From NCBI RefSeq assembly GCF_021869535.1, contig NW_026262723.1, positions 80,786,001 to 80,850,000 on the forward strand: a stretch of DNA of 64,000 nt. The letters run 5' to 3'. This document shows positions 1-12,310 of this stretch, one piece after another (positions within the stretch are counted from its first letter, which is position 1; each line of letters opens with the position of its first letter). The notes beneath the pieces were generated by a model, which worked only from the letters and a program-made list of their open reading frames with translations, ran no database searches and was not told the DNA's origin. The translations under genes and the position numbers were made by a program. Source of the DNA: Mytilus californianus. Taxonomy: Eukaryota.

Positions 1-19
1 AACCGATGATGTGGATGCT

Positions 20-125
20 TTATTTTGTCTCCATGACAGACATGGTGTTGCTACAGCAGGCAAAGCATCTAACAATATTGTTTTACATGCACAAATCATT
101 ATTTTGAATTGACTCATTCATTTCC
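20..125 (+). pseudogene. Penelope-like RT fragment (degenerate)
   Basis: catgacagacatggtgttgctacagcaggcaaagcatctaacaatattgtt is a decayed match to the HDKYVVVPADKASNNIVFVCK motif of bivalve Penelope-like RTs. Confidence 0.45.
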
Positions 126-1425
126 CATACATAAAAAGAGCAAAGTATGATAGCGTTTTTTCACCTTAGAAACAGTGCTATATCTGATAATGTTCTCATA
201 CAATCTAATGAAACAACTAATACAATTTTACGCATTGATATGAAAATGGAATAATATGGCGACATATAAAATCCATTTACGTATCGTTTTTATTAGAATA
301 AAATGATTGTTTTCTTTCATTTCAATGTTTCACTTGTCGTAGCCACAATCCTGTTCTCTTCGTGCAAGTAATCACAGTTTCTTTACTTGCAAAGAGTTAT
401 ACAACGGTTGCCACTATTAGAGCTGGAAGTCCTTTACCTACCGAAACACGGCAGTTCACTCCAGGTTTTTGGTGGTTTTGTGTTGCTCGCTTTCGGTATT
501 GTTATACACAATGTATTATGTTACTATTCAATCATAAGGAGGTAAACAACTTATTTCAGGGAGATTCAGTCTTCTCCATATGCAAAGATAATTCAGGAAA
601 CTAGAAGGGACATGTTTTAAATAAGTTGACAAATAATTATAAACTGTTATCAAAACCTATGAATGATACTAAAACTAAGTGTGATAAGTGTGATTTGTTT
701 CTACGATTAATATACCCGATATCTTGCTGTATATGATCTAAACCATTTTATAGGATACACGTTATTCTGCTTTCTCTTTTTTTTGCCAGTTTTTTTTTTA
801 AATACTAGTACATTGCATGCTAGTTAGCTGAGCTACTAAAAGCCATATGCAACATTTCAAAACAATTTTATTTTACATCTTATAAAATTGTATATTGCGG
901 TAAAAAACTATAAAATAAAAACATAATGAAAATACTTTTATTGTAATACAAAAAATTACTAAGCATAAGGACAGCGGCAATCATGAAATCTCTATAATTA
1001 TAGTACTTTGCCTTAGTTAACGATGTCTTTTAAAATATGATCAGCTATTGTAACTATGATATTAACACATAACTAGATTTATGAATAAAGGGACATTTTT
1101 CAATTAAAAAAAAGACATCTTGATGTCTACAATAAAAATAAACGTTTCTTTGCAATATGTTAAAGCTCGAAATAACCTCGCGTGATTTGTTTAATCGGTT
1201 TTCATGTTGAAAAGAACCATAAGTTTTGCAGCACTGTTGAAATCAACTTTTTAATTTGACATGTGATCGATTTCGTGTCATTGTTCAAAGGTTGTATTTG
1301 AATGATATATAAAATAATACTCGAAATAAAACACGGAAACATACAAATTAGTACTTATAATTTCCGGTCATACAGGGAAAAGTTTTATCCCGTGACTTTT
1401 AATACTTATATTTTTTGCTTTGAAA

Positions 1426-1489
1426 ATGGATCTTGTGTTGTTCTATCTGCTTGTATCACTTTTTGGGTCACAGCTTTCCAATGCAAAAG
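1426..1489 (+). CDS. Exon 1 (signal peptide) of putative secreted lectin-like/WSC-domain gene
   Basis: ATG at 1426, MDLVLFYLLVSLFGSQLSNAK, phase-1 donor G|GTATGA at 1490; phase matches the exon at 8617. Confidence 0.55.
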
Positions 1490-2519
1490 GTATGATTTAT
1501 AATTTTATGTATTACTTTAACTTTCAGAGAGTCATAATCGTAATAAATTATTAGTAATTCAGAAGAATTTCGTATATCAAATAGATATATGGCAGTATAC
1601 CGATGTTCATATCAAAAGTCCAGTAATAAAACAGACACACTTAGGAGTGAAAACGAACGAAAGGAATGACATGACTTCTTTTCAAAATGAAAGCAAATGT
1701 GTCGAAAAAGTAAACATCTCTTGTTACGCATAAAATGTCCATCAGAAGACTCAAAAATCACATCCATTGATAAGTATCAAAGCAAGAAACATAACGAAAC
1801 TAGTGATTTTGTCTTATTAACATAATGGCTATTTGACATAAATATTACAGATATTAAGTGTCACAAATAAGTTTAGAAAATCGACACCTTACAAAAAAGA
1901 AATCCTAAACAAGCAAGGTCGATTGTATGTCATTACATAACAAACAAGATCGTCCTTCACTCAATTGTATAAGTGTATAAGTGTCCTTACAAATAACATA
2001 ATATTGGTCGGTCTGCAAAATGCTTCTCGGAACTTCTTTTTAAATTGTTTATATCAATTTAATCGGCAATCAAACCCGGGTTTCAGAGTACCTTTGAAAC
2101 TACATTATGTAATGGTTATGTGTATTTCATGCCAAAAAATTCAGATGATATGTTACAATATGCAATAGTATAACAACATTTGACTTCTCTACTCTTTTCA
2201 CTATTGTCCTTCATATTTACCTTAAAGAAGAATAAGTTCAACTTTGTTTAAAAAAAGAATGGCAAACGCAGATACGAGTATTTTGTTTTAGAAAGGGACA
2301 AATCATTGTTTATTGACACAATTTATATTTGATACGTTTGGTGGACCTGTTTTTCAACAGGTCACTCGATATTCCTATGTGCCAGCTATATCCCTCTTTT
2401 TCTGTTATTCTTATTAGACAGAATTCATACAGGACCTTTTAAAGTAAATTAAAAGAAGCTAGTACTAGCCTTTAGCTTTACTTTCTGTTCTATAGGAGAT
2501 GTCCTTTCATTGCATAATT

Positions 2520-3130
2520 AAAAGTTTGGTAACTATATTGACTGCATATATCCAAATGAACTTGAAATAACTCTAGATACATATGCGTCTGATTCATATC
2601 TTGACTTACATCTAGAAATTGACAATGAAGGTCGGTTGAGCACTAATCTTTACGTCAAAAGGGATAATTTCAGATTTCCATTTGTGGACTTTCTATTTCT
2701 ATGGAGCAACATTCCAGCAGCGCTTGCATATGAAGTACATATCTCCCACTTGAAATGATATTGCATTTCCTATCATAATTTCCTTGCTAGAGGGTTGCTG
2801 CTTACAAACAAGCCATTGAAGTGGTAAACATGAAGTCATACCATCGAAAGTTGTACGGATGCCATCACGATTTGGCTCACCGTATTATAAGACGGATGAC
2901 CATGGCTGAGTTCCAATTGTCGTAACCACTATCCTGTCCTCTTTTCCTCGATTGTGATATCACCGATTCAGACTTATAAACAGTACTTACCATGGTAATC
3001 ATGATTGGTGCCATTGTTGGTTTAGGATCTGGTTACACTTCCGGAGCAGCTGAGAACTTTTCCAAGTTTTTGATCGGGTTCATTTTTAAGTTTAAATGTA
3101 TTGCTTTGTAGATTTGTTTGTCTTTTCTTC
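2520..3130 (+). mobile_element. Penelope-like retroelement 3' fragment (RT C-terminus plus 3' tail)
   Basis: Decayed IYPNELEI..SYLDLHLEIDNEGRL.T.LY.KRDNF.FP.V.F.FL.SNIPAA.AY; followed by the cttccggagcagctgag tail repeat. Confidence 0.8.
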
Positions 3131-5259
3131 GTTTTTCTTAACTATCCAAGTTGACTGTCCAACGCAAGCTAAACTGAATAATTACATACGGTTGCCGCCT
3201 CCCAAATATGTGTAGTGCAGTGGCATGTTGTTTGCTCTACCAAGCATCAATTCATGCATTGTTATCTATTATTCTGTTGAGGTATGATTAACAACAGTTG
3301 CTGCAAAAATTATTTGTTTGGAAAGTGTTTTGCGCCTCCTTTATTGCCTTAGTCCTGACGCATGACATTCATTTAAAGATAGATTGGTTGTATGCAGACT
3401 ATATCGACCTTCCTGTTTGTTGGCATGTTCAGGTTCATGCCCGGCATCTACGTGTATCTGATATTTGTTGACTGATACATATTCCTGTTTAAAGTTGAAC
3501 CAATGATCATTCTTTATTTGACTGATATCCTTGACAAATGTAGAGTGTTCTGTGAAAATTAGAAATGTAATATCATGTCGACATTAGTACAATAACGCTC
3601 TGATTATCCTAATTCTTGAGGTGCGTCGAACATTTCTTGGGTGTCTTCATGACCATTAAGCCAATGTTCAAAGAGAGGGTTCAAAGCGGCCTTAAGTACA
3701 CCTTTTGTTCGACCTGTGCGTCAGACCACCTATTACAATTGAGTCTACCTACCTTTGATCGCTTGCACTAGTGAGCCTACCTACCTTTGATCGCTTGAAC
3801 TAGTAAACCCGTTTTGATCTGAAATAGTCATTTTGACCTAAACAGTTCTTAAAAGACAGAACAATAAATTTTTAAGTCATTTTCAGTCTTACAGTAAATT
3901 TTTGGGACTTATCCACTGTAGATTCAGTACTATTGCAGTGAATCCAGATCTGTTCAGTTTATGTTCACACTGTTTACATGTACACATAAATATCATACTG
4001 TATAATCTGATCAGCTATTCAACAGTAATAAACTGACTGTAAGGGAATTGTCTGAACAGAACTGAATTTACCGCAGTTGATAAGTCTGAATCGTGTTTGT
4101 TTTTGGTTTGGCATTGCTGTTGAAGAGTTATATGTATCCCTGTCTTTGGACTGTCCAGCGTTGTTATTCACTTTAGTAGATCCAACTATTCATGATATAA
4201 TCTCCGATACTTTGTATTGAACTATATCATGTTTTCTTATGCTGTAAGCAACCTCGGGGGTTTTAATTGGAGGCATGAAACATCCACAGAAACTCGAATC
4301 ATGTTTTTGAATTGTCTAGCTATTAACAGAACAAGTTATATATTTCTGTTTACTTTTCACACCTTTTTCATTTCGTTACCATGTAGACCATATTTTGAGT
4401 TAGACCTCGTTGAGGTTTTTTTTTATAACTTTGACATAATTTGTCTCAAAATACGTTCACTGCACTTTTAAAATCTAATTGAGAAAACGCAGGTGGTATT
4501 TCATTAATTACCATTTATTGTTCTAAAGAAATGCACTACGTAATAGCTGTGTTTTCAGGCCAGCAACATCAGTAGTTTTCCCGACGTTCAGATCTCTAAT
4601 TCAATTAGAATATCCAACTCCAGATTTGTAACAAATTCTGAACTAATTGCATTAACACCAAACAGACCGTTACCGGGTGAGCGTCTGCTTCAATGCATGC
4701 ATCCCCTGTCATGCGATTTCACACTCAGTAACACTGTAACTATAGAAAATAGAACACAATCGATAACTTTACAGATCAGACGACTATGGAATCTAAAGGT
4801 GTAAGACTGTCACCACATGTCGCTTGTGAGATGACACACATTGCATAGCGTAACTAAGTGGTGATGGAGACTATAAAACTTATCCCAGATTTTTTAGGGG
4901 TTCGTGTTGCTCAGTCTTGAGTTTTCTATGTAGCGATTTGAGCATTTGTTTTTCTTTTTGTAGTTTTTTCTTGGCGTCGTCAGTTTCTGTTCGACCTATG
5001 AGTTTTGAATGTCCTATTGATACCTTCTGCTTCTTTTTATGTAGTGTCGATTTCAGCTTCAATTGTGTCACATGAATGCTTTTCTTATCCTATGTCTTTG
5101 AAGAGATCAGTTATGAGAAAGTCAAAACGATATTCTTTAGGTTGCAATTCTCTCATTGTGATGAGAGTAAAAATAACTTGTGAATAAATCTAACAGAGAC
5201 TATCAATGACCTGTAATAAACTCCAAATTCTTTACAAGACTAAACTCATTAAGATATAA

Positions 5260-5590
5260 GTGGGCACCCGCAAACATGTTTAACTCCGCCACATTCTATA
5301 TGTGCCTGTCCCAAGTAAGGAACCTTATATTCAATGAACGTCATTTGTTGCTGTATATCATATTTGTTTTTCGTTTGTTGTTTTCCACATAAGTTAGACC
5401 GTTAGTTTTCTCATTTGAATTATTCTACATTTTGCTATGTCGGGACCTTTTGTAGCTTTCCATGCGGTATGGGTTTTGCTCTTGTTGAAGGCCAAAATAC
5501 TGACCTATCTTTACTAACATCTACGTCATTTGGTATCTGGTGGTTAGTTGTCTCATTGGCAATCATACCACATCTCTTTATTTTATATCA
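5260..5590 (-). repeat. High-copy Mytilus interspersed repeat, family A (ggtatgattgccaatgagacaact)
   Basis: Ends ttgtctcattggcaatcataccacatct; homologous copies at ~10966, 17005, 23924, 29330, 61305 and 61937. Confidence 0.8.
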
Positions 5591-6040
5591 ATTAATGATA
5601 TTGTTTCTGTCTTTGGAAAGGTCCATGCTCATACGTTAAAAAGGTATCTTAGAATAAACGTTATTACTTAAAGCAAGCTAGAATCTTCATGAGGTATTAT
5701 ACTGTAATATCGGCAGGTGTACCTTAAACAAGATTTTATACAACAACGGCATTTCAGTATAGGAAGACGTAACTCATGCAATGCACAGAGGAAAGTTGTA
5801 CAGAATTTCAAAGCAGACAAAAATAAAAGTAACATTTTAGCTTTGTTTCACACTATATGTCAACGAATTGATGATTTTCTCCCACAAACGTAAAAAGAGA
5901 CACACAAATTCAACAACAACATGATAGCAAGCAGGCGTGGGGTAATGCTAATTTGTAATTGTAATGCCCTATAATGCATAACATTACAAACGGTAACAGA
6001 AATAAGTTGAAAGATTGATAATTGACACCTGTCAAAAATG

Positions 6041-6725
6041 GTATCCAGTCATTTCGTATCATAACCATTTCGTACCATTGACATTTCGTACCCAAACTGA
6101 CCATTTTGTACCATAAATTTGCCGTTTCGTACCATGAACATAAACCATTTCGTACCACAAGAAACCATTTCGTACCATATTGAAAAAAAGATTTATCATT
6201 ACGTACCATATGGAAAAAATGCTTTACCATTTCGTACCATATGGAAAAATGCTTTACCATTTCGTACCATATGAAAATTGAACTTTGCCATATCATACTT
6301 GGTACATGAAAAATATACTCATCTACAATCAAGAAATGTTCTGTACGCACATTCTATCAAATGATAGGCAATTAAACATAGAAAAACTTACCTTCAGTAC
6401 TGAACCAAGAATACTTATAAAAATAGCATACAATGGTACGAAATGGTAAACATTATAATCTTCCATATGGTACGAAATGGTATACATTATAACCTCCCAT
6501 ATGATACGAAATGGTAAACATTATAATCTTCCATATGGTACGAAATGGTATACATTATAATCTTCCATGTGGTACGAAATGGTAAACATTATAATCTTCC
6601 ATATGGTACGAAATGGTAAGGTACATTATAATCTTCCATATATTACGAAATGGTTTTTGTTATGGTACGAAATTGGTGGTTCGAAATGATTATGGTACGA
6701 AATGACTATGAAATGGCTATGATTC
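6041..6725. mobile_element. Foldback-like non-autonomous element with inverted arrays of GGTACGAAATGG
   Basis: Left arm CCATTTCGTACCA units (~6050-6270) face right arm TGGTACGAAATGG units; right arm has six 34-bp copies from 6434; termini gtatcc.. / ..gattc. Confidence 0.7.
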
Positions 6726-7569
6726 TTAAAAACCACTAATTAGTTTGTATAGCAATCAATTCATTTCTTTTGACGAGTGAATTTATGATTTTAAAGTACA
6801 TGTAATTAAATAACATTGAGATTTAGTTAACAATATAATCAAAAACATAATGGTAGAATAAATTCCTTACAACATTTCTGTTATTTCTTTTTTGAGAAAA
6901 CACAGAGATGTATACTTCGAAATATAAAAAGATTGACCCAGAAGAACAATCAACCTTGGCAAATTTTGTAAAACCATCTGGTATTCAGAAATATCAATTA
7001 AATGACCCAAAGCAATGCTACAGTTTCAATTTTGGAGTATATTGCTAGAAGTGATTTACTCCCATTTTAAACAGTCAAAAGGCCCAATTGTATGATAACC
7101 TTCAGGAAGCTGATCACATTTCTTTAATTGTTGACATTTGGTCTAATAGAGCAATGATAAGGATTCTTAAATTACATATTTCATAGTTACCAAGATTTCA
7201 GTATAAAATGTTGTATATATGTTTCTTTTGATAATAAAATTTATAAAATGTAATGTGTAATATAATGCATTACTTTGGTAAAGTCATTGTTTTGTAATGC
7301 ATTACTTTCCAAAATACATGTAATTGTAATTTTAATATAAAGCTGGTTTTATCTAAGTTATTGTAATGTAATGCATTACATTGCAATGTAATTCGCTCCA
7401 TGTCTGATAGCAAGTGTCATGTAGAAGTCAGTATCTTCAGCCAAAAAGAGAGATTTAAAGATCAATACCTGAACCTGTTCGACTGATATATATTGCAACA
7501 GTTTTGCCCTTTAATGATACATATGCTTGTTGTTTTACTGATGAAAATGCTACTTTCAATATGAATTAA

Positions 7570-7945
7570 GAAGTAAAATAACAAAAATACCGAACTCCAA
7601 GGAAAATTCCAATCGGAAAGTCCCTTATCAAATGGCAAAATCAAAAGCTCAAAATAATTAAACGAATGGAAAACAGCTGTCATATTCCTGACTTGGTATA
7701 GGAATTTCCTTATGTAGAAAATGGTGGATTAAACCTAAACCTCTCACTTGTATGACAGTCACATAAAATTCCAGTAAGGATAACACTGAAAAAAACAAAT
7801 ATTGAATGTTATCCACTTATTAAATGCATTGATATGTCCTCATCATGTCTATTTAAAAGAGAAGCGAAAGATACTAAAGGGACATTCAAACTCATAAGTC
7901 GAAAATAAACTGACAACGTCATGACTAAAAAAGAAAAAGACAAAC
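7570..7945 (+). repeat. Fragments of Mytilus high-copy repeats (family B tail plus a gggacattcaaactcataagtcgaa repeat)
   Basis: cgaactccaaggaaaattc..cggaaagtcccttatcaaatggcaaaatcaaaag also at ~50465 and in reverse at ~12240 and ~59380. Confidence 0.75.
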
Positions 7946-8162
7946 AAAGTAAATATGAATTTCTAATGACCTAATTTCGAATGTGTTTCTTTCACCAAAA
8001 CAGTCAGTATCAAAAGTAAAATGATCAATTATAGCACATCTTATTTTTATATTGATACCTACGAAATTTTATCGCATTGCGACATGATATAAAAAGTATA
8101 AAAAACTCCTTTAACCTGTTGACCTATTCCTTTGATATATTTAGTGTAAACGATAACAATCT

Positions 8163-8489
8163 ATGAAGCTATTTCATTGGGTTTTGATCACATTATTACT
8201 GTTTACTGGGACATTATCTTGTGATCTTATAATCGATACCGTTCTTCTAGAAAAACTGTCGAACATTGAAGAGTTTTATATAGAAGGGGATGTAATATTT
8301 TTACCAGTTGAATATGAACGCCACTTTCTGGCCTATACATTTCTTTATAGAGAAATATATTTTTCGATGAACAACATGGCAGTGCCAAAAGAAAACTACC
8401 GATCTATAAAAGCCTATTACAAACTAGTAAATCGAAAGCCCCTCTTTGTAGAATCGAACCTCTATCGTAGATCTCAGTTGAAAATTTAG
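8163..8489 (+). CDS. 108-aa ORF with hydrophobic N-terminus, function unknown
   Basis: True ATG, MKLFHWVLITLLLFTGTLSC; unusually long ORF for this AT content; same frame as the exon at 8617. Confidence 0.3.
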   Translation: MKLFHWVLITLLLFTGTLSCDLIIDTVLLEKLSNIEEFYIEGDVIFLPVEYERHFLAYTFLYREIYFSMNNMAVPKENYRSIKAYYKLVNRKPLFVESNLYRRSQLKI

Positions 8490-8616
8490 ACATTACGTTG
8501 GAAAATTTTGGACAGATACACTGCTTTCAAGAGTAAAATCTTGTTATGATGATTAGACGGAAATGTCTGTGTTTTTTTGGACCAAAATATGTAAAAATGT
8601 ATCGTTATACTTGTAG

Positions 8617-8808
8617 TATATTCTGAAGATGATTTCTACATCACCAACTCTACTAATACCTATAATACTATTCCGACCGACTGCAACTTGTTTGGTAACA
8701 ATTTTGACGAGGATTATCCAGTACAGAAGCTGATAATTAACATCACAGCGAATGGCACTTACTGGATTGGTGCCAAAATAGGTTTCAAACGAAATATAAA
8801 TCCTGTAG
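8617..8808 (+). CDS. Exon 2, degenerate C-type-lectin-like segment
   Basis: Acceptor tacttgtag|, 192 nt phase 1-1, YSEDDFYITNST..DCNL..GTYWIGAKIG..NPV, donor G|GTATGT. Confidence 0.55.
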
Positions 8809-10302
8809 GTATGTATATCTATAATCAGTTCTTTAAAATAGTTTGCTTTTGTAAACAAAGATGAGATTGTTTTCAAATACTTTTTTTTAAGTATTGGATT
8901 AGATTTCGCAGGACATGGCTGTACATGACATTCGAATAACCTTCATCTTTAATACTTCAATTTTCAATAGCATGTAATGAACGAGACTGCAGGAAGAAGT
9001 ACATGATCAGTACAAGCTTTTAATAGTTATTGTAACTGAACTCCCTTCCTTTGTTTAAATTACAACTATTGTGTCGTTGCCGATTATGATAGACTTTCAG
9101 TCCCATAAGGTGTCACATCACCAATTCAAGATTCCTACACATTCAACAAAATCTTTAGATTTTCACAGTAATCTAGATACTTTATCTTTTTTAGATTAAA
9201 TTAATGAAAACCATGATTATTCTGAATTATCAATGTATCATCCTTCTACACGACAATTTTCAACAAATGTTTAAAATCTTGAAGTGACACAGTACATGAT
9301 CTTTCGGAAGTCACTACCAATAAAAATTGCCCTCGGTTTTTCTAATTATCATAATCAGTTTACTATTTGGCACACCCATTAATTGTAATGTAAGTTCATG
9401 CCTAAGTAAATTTTGACTTAAAATTATCATAATATATTTCTCATTTGGCAAAACTTACATTCACGTTAATTAATTTTCGAGTTTAAGAAACATACAACTT
9501 CAAAAGTACTATGTTTCGTCAGAGTAGGGCTACTTTTACATATGTTCTAAAAGTGATTGATTGAAGTTGTGGTGTGACACATAAAGGTACAACCCGCTTC
9601 AGCACCACCACTAGAATATTTCGTATGACACATTTTATTGGAAATGCTCAGTGAGAAAAGTTTATTATACTAAAACTTATAATGCAACGCTGTTTAACAA
9701 CTGTGACGTCAAAAGATAATTTTTGTTCTGTTTCAGTCTTTTACGTTTTAATTCCCATGTTTTACCCAATTTGGCTTTTTTCTCGATCGTACTAAAATAA
9801 GATTCAGAAACAGTTGTCATATTCACACTGAAATCAGCTTCTAACGTTTACACTACGATAATATTATTCAGTATCAAATTTTCCTCTACTTTCGTCATTC
9901 CTCACACCTAATTTTTACTAGTTGTGTGTTTGTTCACTTATATGTTCTAACTGGTCAAATATTTGGTTATACTTGAAATGCAAGTTTTCTCAAAAAAATA
10001 TATGTATAGTTTTAATTTCATCGTTCCGCACTGTTGTATGAATGTTTGTTATAATAATCTGAAAATGGCTGTATTTACCAGAGTGTTTAATACAGAAGAG
10101 ATAATAGTACTAGACTTGGCATGTCTTCAAAGTAAACACAAAAGGGTATATGTCTCTAGGCGTAAAGATGAACTTAGCTTTACTATGATTTAAGTCCTCA
10201 TCCAGAAAATGATTCTATAGAATAATCATATGGTAAATTCAAAGCCTGATATCTTAAAAGAACTTTAATCATTGAAATGTAACACTTTCTCTATTATTGA
10301 AG

Positions 10303-10390
10303 GAATTCAACGGGGATGCAATGCAAACTACAATGAAAGTTTAGATGAATGTAATAGACATTGCAAAGGTCGGAAATATTTAGCTACAAT
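10303..10390 (+). CDS. Exon 3, N-terminal half of WSC-like domain
   Basis: Acceptor ttattgaag|, phase-1 start, GIQRGCNANYNESLDECNRHCKGRKYLAT, donor |GTGAGT. Confidence 0.55.
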
Positions 10391-10539
10391 GTGAGTATTG
10401 TTCCTATATAAAATATCGTCTGTATAATTATAAGAAGTAAAAAACGGACAGTCAAGTCATCATTGATTTATCGGAAGCGTATTGGCGATTCAGTTAAACT
10501 TTTAAAATCCAAATTTTAACTTTTCAAAACTTTTAAAAT

Positions 10540-12310
10540 ATTTTAGTAGCAATATACCAACTGCATCTGCATATGGGATATACATTTCCCAACTCATTCG
10601 GTATTAAAGAAAAGAGCTTGCAGCTGCTACTCAGACATTATAAAACGTCACCAGCGTCTGAGCAGAAATTTAATGAACCAGGGTTATGTCAAAGAACGTC
10701 TCGTCCTTTTTATAAAAAAAGTTCATCGGAAGATACCAAGACCTTGTATATAAATATTCCGTATCAACTTCACAAATAATATATGATGGTCTTGAAGTAT
10801 AGATCCTAGGTACTTACTGTGTTTATTATCCTAATTACGTGTTATAGGGTTCTTTTATTTGTCTTTGTAAATTATTTACCTTTACTGTTTAGTCCATTTT
10901 TTTTGGTAATATCCTTTTGGCGTGGATCGGTATTTATACATCCCGCAATTGTGTTATTGTGCTATATAGATATAAGAAGATGTGGTATGAGTGCCAATGA
11001 GACAACTCTCAATCCAAGTCAAAATTTATAAAAGTAAACCATTATAGGTCAAAGTACGTTCTTCAACACGGAGCCTTGGCTCACACCGAACAGCAAGCTA
11101 TAAAGGGCCCCAAAAATCACTAGTTTAAAACCATTCAAACGGGAAAACCAACGGTCTAATCTATATAAAAAACGAGAAACGAGAAACACTTATAAACCAC
11201 ATCAACAAACGACAACTACTGATCATCAGATTCCTGACTTAGGACAGGTGCAAACAATTGCAGCGGGTTTAAACGTTTTAATGGTACCAAACCTTCACCT
11301 TATCTGAAACAATAGTGTAACATCACAACATAGAAAGACACACTATAAAATATCAATTGAAATGGCTTAACTCAATCAAAAGACATATCAACACCAGTGA
11401 ACATACACTGAACAAATAAATTTGATCTATGATACAATGTAAATACAAAATACATAAACTAAGGGAAGAATAATTAAAGTAACATGTTATACCGCTGTGA
11501 AATGTTAAACAATTTAAGAAAAACAATATGCTTGAACAAAAATATCAGCCATTTGCAATTACTTTAATCAGCGGTAAATGAAAATAATTTTGTTGTTAGG
11601 TATACGTGTACAGTTCAAATGGAGAAAGGAAACATTTTTACAAAATAAATAATTTTGATGTTTATAGTACACGAAGAAATGAAAATTGATAGTCATACCA
11701 AACACTTATCAAAGCTGCTATATAGACCAGATATAACCCTGAAAAAGAAAAACATTAAATAACAAAAAAAGCATTACAATTGGTATCAACAGGTCAAATA
11801 AACAAGAAAGTACGATTTGAGAGTACTCGCAGTTACTGACAGCTAGTTAAAAGCCAAAAACAATTGATAATAAACAATCATGCATCAGAGACTATGGTCT
11901 TTTTTTTGTTTTCTTGTCTTTCATTTTTGCTTGACTGTGTTCTTTATCTATATGCCATTTTGTTTTTCTCTGTTGAAATGTTTGTTTGTTTTATAGTGAT
12001 TAAGATTATAACACAATGTTGACTGCTGTACCCCTATTTTTGACATTTTTTCTATTATGTCTATTTGTTTTGTTCACACATTGTTGTCAATATAATGGAA
12101 TTTAATGCGACTGTCATACAAGTGAGAGGTTTATCTAGCTATAAAACCAGGTTAAATCTACCATTTTCTACATAAGGAAATACCTGTACAAAGTCAGGAA
12201 TATGACAGTTGTTTTTGATGTGTTTGAGCTTTTGATTTTGCCATTTGATATGGGACTTTCCGTTTTGAATTTTCCTAGGAGTTCGGTACTTTTGTTATTT
12301 TATTTTTTAT
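10540..12310 (+). mobile_element. Penelope-like element 3' end (RT C-terminus, stop 10800-10802) plus family-B tail, split by a family-A insertion
   Basis: SNIPTASAYGIYISQLIRY..HDGLEV*; tail resumes at ~11894 after the insertion; same RT-to-tail junction at 51033. Confidence 0.8.
10966..11893 (+). mobile_element. Long family-A repeat inserted in the Penelope-like tail
   Basis: Starts atagatataagaagatgtggtatgagtgcc, ends catgcatcagagact; flanks gtgctat|..|atggtc rejoin to gtgctatggtc (compare 59025-59040), 2-4 bp AT/CTAT duplication. Confidence 0.75.

Noticed and set aside
362-604. 80-aa ORF and nearby exon-like pieces
   Set aside because: The ORF crosses a repeat fragment (~420-490) and uses a non-ATG start; splice support is too weak to call.
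6050-6660. CRISPR-like repeat/spacer look of the GGTACGAAATGG arrays, and the 146-aa ORF 5910-6350
   Set aside because: Cores are only ~12 bp, spacers are near-identical rather than unique, there are no cas genes, and the context is eukaryotic; the ORF is a by-product of the repeat.
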